Below, one piece after another: positions 1-8,820 of a DNA stretch of 64,000 bases. Under the pieces are notes generated by a model that worked only from the letters and a program-made list of their open reading frames with translations, made no database searches and was not told the origin of the DNA. The position numbers and the translations under genes were made by a program. The stretch is from contig OZ176056.1 in assembly GCA_964247055.1 (NCBI GenBank), forward strand, positions 1 through 64,000, given 5' to 3'. This DNA is from Paragordius varius. Taxonomy: Eukaryota; Animalia; Nematomorpha. The stretch's first letter is position 1. Every line of letters starts with the position of its first letter.

Positions 1-84
1 CCCCCCTAACCCTAACCCTAACCCCAACCCTAAGCCCCCTAACCCTAACCCTAACCTAACCTAACCCTAAACCAACCCTAACCT
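1..84. repeat. Degenerate telomeric repeat at the contig tip (CCCTAA with variants such as CCTAA, CCCCAA, CCCTAAG)
   Basis: Direct reading: CCCTAA units with frequent 1-bp indels and substitutions at the extreme 5' end, as is typical of low-coverage contig ends. Confidence 0.9.
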
Positions 85-219
85 GTTAACGTTAAAGTTC
101 AAACCGTTAAAGTTAACGTTACACCCGTTACAAGTAAAGGTCAAAGTTACAAGTTCAAGTCAAAGTTAAACGTTAAAGTTCAAGTTAAAGTTAAAGTTAC
201 AAGTTAAAGTTAACAGTTA
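85..219. repeat. Block of about 22 GTTAAA/GTTAAC/GTTACA/GTTCAA-type hexamers embedded in the telomere
   Basis: A GTTA anchor recurs about every 6 nt, and the block is flanked on both sides by CCCTAA repeats. Present in the sequence as given, but its biological reality is doubtful. Confidence 0.7.
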
Positions 220-2073
220 CCTAACCCTAACCCTAACCCTAACCCTAACCCTAACCCTAACCCTAACCCTAACCCTAACCCTAACCCTAACCCTAACCCT
301 AACCCTAACCCTAACCCTAACCCTAACCCTAACCCTAACCCTAACCCTAACCCTAACCCTAACCCTAACCCTAACCCTAACCCTAACCCTAACCCTAACC
401 CTAACCCTAACCCTAACCCTAACCCTAACCCTAACCCTAACCCTAACCCTAACCCTAACCCTAACCCTAACCCTAACCCTAACCCTAACCCTAACCCTAA
501 CCCTAACCCTAACCCTAACCCTAACCCTAACCCTAACCCTAACCCTAACCCTAACCCTAACCCTAACCCTAACCCTAACCCTAACCCTAACCCTAACCCT
601 AACCCTAACCCTAACCCTAACCCTAACCCTAACCCTAACCCTAACCCTAACCCTAACCCTAACCCTAACCCTAACCCTAACCCTAACCCTAACCCTAACC
701 CTAACCCTAACCCTAACCCTAACCCTAACCCTAACCCTAACCCTAACCCTAACCCTAACCCTAACCCTAACCCTAACCCTAACCCTAACCCTAACCCTAA
801 CCCTAACCCTAACCCTAACCCTAACCCTAACCCTAACCCTAACCCTAACCCTAACCCTAACCCTAACCCTAACCCTAACCCTAACCCTAACCCTAACCCT
901 AACCCTAACCCTAACCCTAACCCTAACCCTAACCCTAACCCTAACCCTAACCCTAACCCTAACCCTAACCCTAACCCTAACCCTAACCCTAACCCTAACC
1001 CTAACCCTAACCCTAACCCTAACCCTAACCCTAACCCTAACCCTAACCCTAACCCTAACCCTAACCCTAACCCTAACCCTAACCCTAACCCTAACCCTAA
1101 CCCTAACCCTAACCCTAACCCTAACCCTAACCCTAACCCTAACCCTAACCCTAACCCTAACCCTAACCCTAACCCTAACCCTAACCCTAACCCTAACCCT
1201 AACCCTAACCCTAACCCTAACCCTAACCCTAACCCTAACCCTAACCCTAACCCTAACCCTAACCCTAACCCTAACCCTAACCCTAACCCTAACCCTAACC
1301 CTAACCCTAACCCTAACCCTAACCCTAACCCTAACCCTAACCCTAACCCTAACCCTAACCCTAACCCTAACCCTAACCCTAACCCTAACCCTAACCCTAA
1401 CCCTAACCCTAACCCTAACCCTAACCCTAACCCTAACCCTAACCCTAACCCTAACCCTAACCCTAACCCTAACCCTAACCCTAACCCTAACCCTAACCCT
1501 AACCCTAACCCTAACCCTAACCCTAACCCTAACCCTAACCCTAACCCTAACCCTAACCCTAACCCTAACCCTAACCCTAACCCTAACCCTAACCCTAACC
1601 CTAACCCTAACCCTAACCCTAACCCTAACCCTAACCCTAACCCTAACCCTAACCCTAACCCTAACCCTAACCCTAACCCTAACCCTAACCCTAACCCTAA
1701 CCCTAACCCTAACCCTAACCCTAACCCTAACCCTAACCCTAACCCTAACCCTAACCCTAACCCTAACCCTAACCCTAACCCTAACCCTAACCCTAACCCT
1801 AACCCTAACCCTAACCCTAACCCTAACCCTAACCCTAACCCTAACCCTAACCCTAACCCTAACCCTAACCCTAACCCTAACCCTAACCCTAACCCTAACC
1901 CTAACCCTAACCCTAACCCTAACCCTAACCCTAACCCTAACCCTAACCCTAACCCTAACCCTAACCCTAACCCTAACCCTAACCCTAACCCTAACCCTAA
2001 CCCTAACCCTAACCCTAACCCTAACCCTAACCCTAACCCTAACCCTAACCCTAACCCTAACCCTAACCCTAAC
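220..2073. repeat. Canonical telomere (CCCTAA)n / (TTAGGG)n, ~1854 bp, ~309 units
   Basis: Uninterrupted CCCTAA repeats with the C-rich strand on +, the expected orientation for a left chromosome end. No variant units were seen. Confidence 0.99.
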
Positions 2074-2503
2074 GGCGTCGTCAGTTCGTTGTCAGCATAT
2101 TTTTTCAGCAAGCATTCTATCCGTTGTCCGTCACTTTCTAGCCGTCGTCAGTTGGTTTGCATTCCCCCTATCCGTCGTCAGTCATTTTTCGGCAATCATT
2201 CTATCCATCGTCAGTCTGTTTTTGTCCGTCACTTTCTAGCCGTCGTCAGTTAGTTTTTTGCATTCCCCCTATCCGTCGTCAGTCATTTTTCAACAATCAT
2301 CCTATCCGTCGTCAGTCATTTTTCGGCATTCCTCCTATCCGTCGTCAGTCTGTTCTTATCCGTCGTCAGTTTGTTTTAAGCATTCCTCTTATCCGTCGTC
2401 AGTCATTTTTCAGCAATCATCCTATCCGTCGTCAGTGATTTTTCGGCATTCCCCTATCCGTCGTCAGTCATTTTTAATTCTATGTGTCGTCAGTCTCTTC
2501 CTA
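2074..2503. repeat. Telomere-adjacent ~33-bp modular minisatellite (core CTATCCGTCGTCAGT / CTAGCCGTCGTCAGT), ~13 units
   Basis: The core CCGTCGTCAGT recurs every ~28-35 bp followed by variable tails. It is the reverse complement of the array at 8821-10652. Confidence 0.95.
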
Positions 2504-3075
2504 TGAGGAAGTATTTTAAAAAATCGTTAGAAGATATTAAAAAACATATTTAAACATTTCCACCGGAATTCACTTTTAATCACACCATTATGTAGGGCAT
2601 TAATTTTTTCCAGACAAATCACAAAATTAACAATTACACACCCAAATTAATATAAACACAAATTTCCAACTATACAATTGTTTAAGCTTTTTTATAAATG
2701 TTTTTAATACGAGTTTTCAATTATTATTTAATGGTATCTAAAAACTGAAAATATGCTTTTTTATGTGTTTTATTGTAATAATTAATATGATAACCTAGTA
2801 TAAATCTTAGCACTCCTTAATAATTATGATTTTTACAAATATCAATATAATGTTTGTTTAGTTATTTTAACTTACGCTTTATTTGTATGTTTTAATTGTT
2901 AACAATATTGATATTTTTTATTAGGGCCATCAATGTTTTACTATGTTTTTTAATACATAAACTAATCATACTTTTCTCGTTATCGTTTAAAACGGTACTT
3001 TTGCAGCCGATAACATGTTAGAGATAAAAACTATTATAATTTTTTTATAATCATGTTTTCATACTTTGGTATTTT
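2504..3075. repeat. Left (telomere-proximal) arm of a diverged inverted duplication, non-minisatellite part
   Basis: 2504-2846 is the reverse complement of ~8446-8790 (e.g. CTTAGCACTCCTTAATAATTATGAT vs ATCATAATTATTAAGGAGTGCTAAG). 2847-3075 is the reverse complement of ~7365-7580 (e.g. TTTAAAACGGTACTTTTGCAGCCGATAACATG vs CATGTTATCGGCTGCAAAAGTACCGTTTTAAA). Confidence 0.93.
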
Positions 3076-4250
3076 GATCCAATATGTACGCTATAGATGT
3101 GAGTATGATTAATTTTTTTAATAGTATCAAAATTATAAAAATATATTTTTTTCTGTGTTTTATTATACAGGCTATTTATTAATAATTATAATAATCTAGT
3201 ATGAATCTTGCCGCATATAAATAATATTTTGATATATCAGTGCATTCATGTTTACTTGTTTTACCTTTTGGGTTATAAGTTTGGCAGCTGGCATCATAAA
3301 TACGAAAGATAATTATTCTATTTTTGGTGACAATTATGTGATTGGGGTATTAAGCTAGTATGAATCTTGCCGCCCCTAATTTCGATATATCAGTGAATTA
3401 ATGTTTTTATTTTATCTTCTGCGTTATTTGTGTGTTGATTTTTTTTGCAACATCGATATTTAATTTGGACCATTAATGTTTTTTTACATTTTAAAGCAAT
3501 TTTTATTTTCTGATCATAGTTTTAATTGGAACTTTCGCAGCTGGATAACATGTTAAATACAAAAGATAATTATTCTATTTTTGTTGACAATTATGTGATT
3601 TTTTTAGTTTAACTGTTTGGGGTATTATGCATTACACTATATATGTGTTTTTATATTTTCCGCTTAAATGATGCATGACTAATCTGTTTCTATCAAAAGT
3701 ATAAAAATATATATTTTTCTGTGTTTAATGGTACAGGCTTTTTAAATAATTAATATAATATTCTAGTAAGAATCTTAGCTCATCTAAATAATTATGATAT
3801 TTTAAAATAGTATCCTGATGCTTACGTTATTTTTCTAATGCGTTTTTTGTCTGTTGACTTTGTTTGCACAATCGATATTTTGCATTAGAAACATGAATGT
3901 TTTACCAGGTTTTTTACAACATTTTAAAACGTTTATTTCTTGTCATTGTTTTAAACGGTACGTACGCAGCTTTATAACATGTTAAAGATAAAGGAATGTG
4001 ATTTTCATAGTTTATTATACGTGGTCATTATGCATTAGGCTATATATGTGTTTATATATTTGTCTCTACCGATGTTTACTTATTTTGTCTTATGCGTTTT
4101 TTATGTTATAATTTTGTTATTTATATTTTTTATAACATCATAGTTTGTTCTTGTATTAAGCTATAGATTGTTTAATTGCCGCTAAAATTTGATGCGTGAT
4201 TAATCTTTATCAGTAACGTACAAATATGTAATTTGAACAAAATGTTTTTT
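2720..4250. repeat. Old, diverged tandem repeat with ~400-560-bp period, 3-4 copies
   Basis: Recurring anchors: TATCAAAAnTATAAAAATATATTTTT..TGTGTTT (~2735, ~3125, ~3691), CTAGTAtgAATCTT (~2795, 3196, 3355, ~3763) and GCAGC..ATAACATGTTA (~3003, ~3537, ~3966). An exact 19-mer CTAGTATGAATCTTGCCGC occurs at 3196 and 3355. Confidence 0.75.
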
Positions 4251-4419
4251 AACAAAATTTATTAATAAGTCTTTCCAAAAGGCAAATGAACAGAAAAGAA
4301 TAATAAAAAAGTTTGATTTTATAGAAATATGTTTGAAATTTAATATTTGTTGAATTGCATAAATAATGATAATTTCAAGCCATTAAAGTCAGTTTTTTTA
4401 AATATCATTTAATAAACTT

Positions 4420-4990
4420 TCTTAATTAATATTTTGCATTCAACTACAGCATGTAATTTAAATATTTTAAATTTAAATTTTACATTTTATAATATGTTTT
4501 TAATAAAAGACTATGTTATATAAAATCATTTATTTATATTGGAGTAAAATTATGTGTTACAATAAAAGTATTAAACTAAATTTTGCATATTACTTTAATT
4601 ATTATAATAAATAAATATGGTAGTGATTATTTCTTTTAATATTGAAAAAAATAAATATTTTTATATCAATTATATTAATAAGTTGTTACATAAAACCGAT
4701 TAATATTTCGCATTCAACTACAGCGTGAATTATATATAATCAAATTATTGAGAATTTGGAATTTGTTATTATGTTTTTAATGTAAGTCTTTTATATCCTA
4801 TTATATATTTGAATTAGAACACAGTAATTACGTGTTACAATTAAAGTATTATAAAAAATTTTGTATATTGTTTATTATAATGAATAAATCTGGTATTGAT
4901 CATTTTTTCTAATTAAATAAATAAAAATAATAATAATTTATGTGCAGGATGTTAATAAAAATTATATCAATTATATTGATTATAAGTTGT
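4420..4990. repeat. Diverged tandem duplication, ~275-300-bp unit x2
   Basis: Colinear anchors: GCATTCAACTACAGC at 4436 and 4710; TGTTACAATwAAAGTATTA at 4555 and 4833; TATATCAATTATATT at ~4662 and ~4963. Confidence 0.8.
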
Positions 4991-5187
4991 GATAAAATAA
5001 TATCTAATCGACCTAAAACAAGACTAAGCGTTAACATAAAACTATTCTTTTATCTAGGTTTAACGAATACAAAAATTAATTATTATTAAAATAATTCTTT
5101 TAGTAAATTTATTATTTTAAATTATAATCGCATCTAAAACTAAATTAGATATTGTATTAAACTGTAGTTTAATGATAAAAAATTATT

Positions 5188-5283
5188 TTGTTTCATAATA
5201 CTTTCTTTATGGTAAAACATCTTTGATAGTGCCATTGTTTCATAATACTTTCTTTATGGTAAAACATCTATGATAGTGCCATT
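5188..5283. repeat. Recent 47-bp tandem duplication
   Basis: TTGTTTCATAATACTTTCTTTATGGTAAAACATCTwTGATAGTGCCA occurs twice head-to-tail with one mismatch. Confidence 0.95.
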
Positions 5284-5636
5284 TATAAGATATGTTTTTA
5301 TATTTTAATTGCTAAAATATTTACCTAAATAACACAACATTTTTTTGTATATCATAAAACATTTTTGGTTTATAAAGATCAGAAACATGTTTTTTTAAAA
5401 AAATAATATTCTTTTCTTATTTTAAAAAAGATATTTTTTTATTTTTTATGGACTAACATATGCTATTGTAATATGTTGTCACTTTATAAATAATGTAAAT
5501 GAATTTAACTTTATTAAAACATAGTTCACTAGAATTTTTTATATAAATTAGTTCTTAGCGAACGCACCATGTGTTTGCGGTTAAGTTGGTATGGAGTACA
5601 AACCATATTTATTTATTTCTATAATAATTCTATTTA

Positions 5637-5808
5637 CAGTGGCGTATGCAGTAAAAGATTGTAAGTGCAAAGTAATCTTAATGAACACAAAACAGGGGGA
5701 CAATTTTCATATATTAATTATCATTCAGTCCTATTTATAAACATATCCATAATATCCCCCTGTTTTAGATTATTTTGCACTAACAATCTTTTACTGCATA
5801 CGCCACTG
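5637..5808. mobile_element. Tc1/mariner-type MITE, 172 bp, with TA target-site duplication
   Basis: Terminal inverted repeats CAGTGGCGTATGCAGTAAAAGATTGT(A/T)AGTGCAAA(G/A)TAATCT (~42 bp, 2 mismatches), extended by an inner AAAACAGGGGGA/TCCCCCTGTTTT pair after a 10-bp indel. TA lies at 5635-5636 and 5809-5810. CAGTG termini plus a TA TSD are the established Tc1/mariner signature. No ORF. Confidence 0.92.
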
Positions 5809-7364
5809 TAGTTGTAAAGTGTGACCTAAAATTAATAAATGAATTATGTGTATTAATTAAACAGCATTTTCTATTAGGTTTACTGAAATAATTAAATTAT
5901 ATTATTACGTTAATTTAATGATTTTGATAACTACAAACTGGAAAAAAAAGTAGGATAAAACGTATAAAGCCTGTTAAATAAATCGAAAATATGTAGATCA
6001 TGAATTGAATAAGCTCTTCTATTGCTATAAATATTTTATCAGATAATGATATACATCAATATAATCATTTTGATATTTAATTTATTTTGAGAGTAATTAT
6101 TAAAAAAATATAGTATTTGTTTCTAACAAACATTTTTTATTTAAAAATAATAAATGATTATTTATTTTTTTTAATGAAATATCTAGATAAAACAGGCAAA
6201 ACGCAAAACAAATAATTATTAACAGTTTAAATTAACTAAAACGAGAACTATATTGTTAAAAACAATGTTTAATAAAAAAATTTGCCGTATATATATTTTT
6301 ACAGATTGTGCTCAAAATAAATAATATATTATTAAAAAATATTGTTAACAATAATATTATATATTTCAATTTACAAATAAATAAATTATGATATTTTTTT
6401 AATTTAAATGTTAACTTAAGCGTGTAATTATTTCTATGCATTAATTAATTGACATTTATATTAAAAAATATAAAATATAAAAATTATTTTTTTGTAAATA
6501 TAGAAAATCAAGGTTATAGAAATTTTAACCATGTTTGAAATTTTTTTTTATTTTAAAAACTATAAAAGTTATGTTATTAATACGAATTTATAAATGATTA
6601 AACATATCATTTTATGCTTTTTATAAATAATAATATTTTTTGCAAATATTTTTGAAGTTAACAACTTAAGTTAAAAAAGTAGCTTAAAAAACAATATTCG
6701 ATTACTATTGACGAAGGGTTTCACATATCGTTTATAATTTCTATTTATAATTTCATTTAATTAATTATCCTTTATCATTATATTACGGATTTTAACAAAT
6801 GTTATTACAAAACATAACTAATCCGTTCATTACCATTACAATATTAAAATATGTTTATAGCATAAATTTAATAAATGTTAGAATTTTGAAAAATATCTTT
6901 TTACGCTAATTTAAATTTAAAAGTTATTGACACTCTTTGCATTTATTTTAATTAATGAATATTTGTTGTTTAGATTTTTACTTTACTAAACTCGTTAATC
7001 CACTGACATTTTTTTGATTTTAAATAGATCTCTCAATATCACTTTGTTTTTTATAATCCTTTTGATTGATCTTTATTTTGTAAAAAATGATAACTCAGCT
7101 TTAAAATTAATAATTTTAACATATATTTACAATCTTAATTAGCCTATAATTTAGTTTCTATTTGCCTTGATTGGTTTGAATAAGCCTAAAAAAACCCTAT
7201 CTAAACAACTTAAAATTAATATCAAACAATTTTTAATATTTGAGGCAAAACTTCTTTCAAAGTTTCTGACATATCACCATCATATAAAAGTTTTTTAAGG
7301 AAGAAAACACCAAAAAGGTAATAAAAAATTGGGATGCTATCATATATTTTTTTTGATATGTTTT

Positions 7365-7580
7365 AAAATACCAAACTATGAAAACATGATTATAAAAAAG
7401 TATAATTGTTTTTATTTTAACATGTTATCGGCTGCAAAAGTACCGTTTTAAACGATAACAAAAAAAAGGATGATTAGTTTGAAATGTACTAAAAAACATA
7501 GTAAAACATTGATGGCCCAAATAAAAAATATCAATATTGCAAACAATGAAAACACACAAAAATAACTAAACAAACATTAT
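7365..7580. repeat. Right arm of the inverted duplication, segment distal to the retroelement insertion
   Basis: Reverse complement of ~2847-3075, roughly 85-90% similar by eye. Confidence 0.88.
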
Positions 7581-7601
7581 TAAATGCAGATATACCAAAC
7601 A

Positions 7602-8045
7602 AATGAAATTGTACAGTATTTAGCAACAAGGCTATCAAAAAGAATGTATTACAACAGCAGTAAATAAAATTTTAAAAAGAAATCAATCTCTTATTTCGGC
7701 AAATCCAGATGGTTGTGTAACATAAAAGTAGTTTATAAACCAACATCAAACGTTTTAAAAATGTTAAAGTCTAAAGAAGTGGAAATGGAAAACACGATAT
7801 ACAAGTTGAGATGCAAGAATTGCCCGGCAATTTACATAGGCCAGTCAAAGCCAAACTTAAAGGTAAGATATAAGGAACATTAAAAAAGCAAAAGTTCGGC
7901 CATGTTTCTGCATTGCGTGGATAACAACCATGAATGCATAAACAGAATTGACGTTTTCGTTGAAAGAAAACACAGCGCAAGTATAACAAAAAAAGCCCTA
8001 TTTATACAGAGCGCAGAAGATGGTTTGCTTAATCGCCGTAAATAA
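7602..8045 (+). pseudogene. Decayed C-terminal part of a Penelope-like polyprotein: linker plus GIY-YIG endonuclease with CCHH motif
   Basis: Manual translation of 7683-8045: SISYFGKSRWLCNIKVVYKPTSNVLKMLKSKEVEMENTIYKLRCKNCPAIYIGQSKPNLKVRYKEH*KSKSSAMFLHCVDNNHECINRIDVFVERKHSASITKKALFIQSAEDGLLNRRK*. It shows xIY..YIG, CxxC between them, RxKEH, HxxxxxH and a terminal LN, the pattern of Penelope endonucleases. An upstream frame-shifted piece reads QQGYQKECITTAVNKIL (7624-7674). There is an in-frame TAA at 7881 and frameshifts. Confidence 0.88.
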
Positions 8046-8352
8046 AGGAAAGCTATAAATTCTGAAACTAAATCATTTATAAAAAATTATCGAATTTTTA
8101 ATGACAAACCATTTTATAGTGTAGATATTACTTAAATTTTCATAATTTTACGCTTATACATTTATTTACAATTAATTTTTGTAAAAAAATACACATTTGA
8201 TTTTTTACATCACAACGGTTTTCTAAGTGATCTTTCTTTCTTTTGTTCACTAACGGTTTGTGATTTTTTTCCTATATAAGTAATATCAACCATGATTTTG
8301 TTCATTTTTTTAATTATTATTTTCTTATATTATATATATTTTTCTTAACTAA

Positions 8353-8384
8353 TCTCCTGATGATGCTATGGCAAAAATTTGAGA
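8353..8384 (+). ncRNA. Candidate degenerate minimal type I hammerhead ribozyme in the Penelope 3' repeat
   Basis: TCTC-CTGATGA-TGC(TATG)GCA-AAAA-TTT-GAGA: stem I TCTC/GAGA, intact CUGAUGA box, stem II TGC/GCA. The GAAA box reads AAAA and stem III is vestigial. Confidence 0.5.
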
Positions 8385-8445
8385 ATTAAAAAATTATATT
8401 TATATTATTTGCGTTATTTTACGACGATTCCTACATCATTATTTT

Positions 8446-8820
8446 ATAGATATTTTAAAAAATCATAATTATTAAGGAGTGCTAAGATTCATACTAGGTT
8501 ATCATATTAATTATTACAATAAAACACAGAAAAAAACATATTTTCAGTTTTTAGATACCATTAAATAATAATTGAAAACTTGTATTAAAAACATTTATAA
8601 AAAAGCTTAAACATTTGTATATTTGGAAATTAGTGTTTATATTGATTTGGGTGTGTAATTGTTAATTTTGTGATTTGTCTGGAAAATATTAATGACCTAC
8701 AAAATAGTGTGATTAAAAGTGAATTCCCGTGGAAATGTTTAAATATGCTTTTTAATATCTTCTAACAATTTTTTAAAATACTTCCTCATATCTCTCGAGA
8801 GGAGTAATGCAAACGAATTG
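8446..8820. repeat. Right arm of the inverted duplication, segment proximal to the retroelement insertion
   Basis: Reverse complement of ~2504-2846. It carries an extra 37 bp (8789-8825, a degenerate minisatellite unit) missing from the left arm. Confidence 0.93.

Larger units (their letters stand above)
7581..8445 (+). mobile_element. 5'-truncated Penelope-like retroelement (endonuclease-bearing) relic, ~865 bp
   Basis: The segment is absent from the homologous left arm, where 2846/2847 are contiguous. It contains a decayed GIY-YIG frame followed by an AT-rich 3' region with a CTGATGA hammerhead-like motif. A possible short TSD CATTAT lies at 7575-7580 and 8437-8442. Confidence 0.85.

Noticed and set aside
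210-2111. 633-aa ORF on the minus strand (poly Leu-Gly)
   Set aside because: It is simply the stop-free reading of (TTAGGG)n, with no evidence of being a gene.
2157-2506. ORFs with PIRRQS / YPSSV repeats
   Set aside because: These are translations of the 33-bp minisatellite. All frames give similar low-complexity peptides, and indels shift frames freely.
5637-5808. Origin of the 173-bp satellite from the 172-bp MITE
   Set aside because: The lengths are nearly equal but no sequence similarity is visible between the MITE and the monomer, so it is treated as coincidence. The 865-bp Penelope insert equalling 5 x 173 is likewise coincidental.
6256-6441. 61-aa minus-strand ORF
   Set aside because: Short, dominated by K/I/L/F/N residues from AT-rich codons, with no recognisable motif.
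6700-7330. Possible decayed coding sequence on the minus strand (e.g. LLYDGDMSETLKEVLPQILKIV) and the idea of a TAA/TAG=Gln code (KEH*KS in the Penelope frame)
   Set aside because: Frequent stops and no recognisable domain. The Penelope relic also has frameshifts, so ordinary decay explains its stop. There is no intact gene here with which to test the genetic code.
7771-7989. 72-aa minus-strand ORF
   Set aside because: It is the antisense shadow of the plus-strand GIY-YIG relic.
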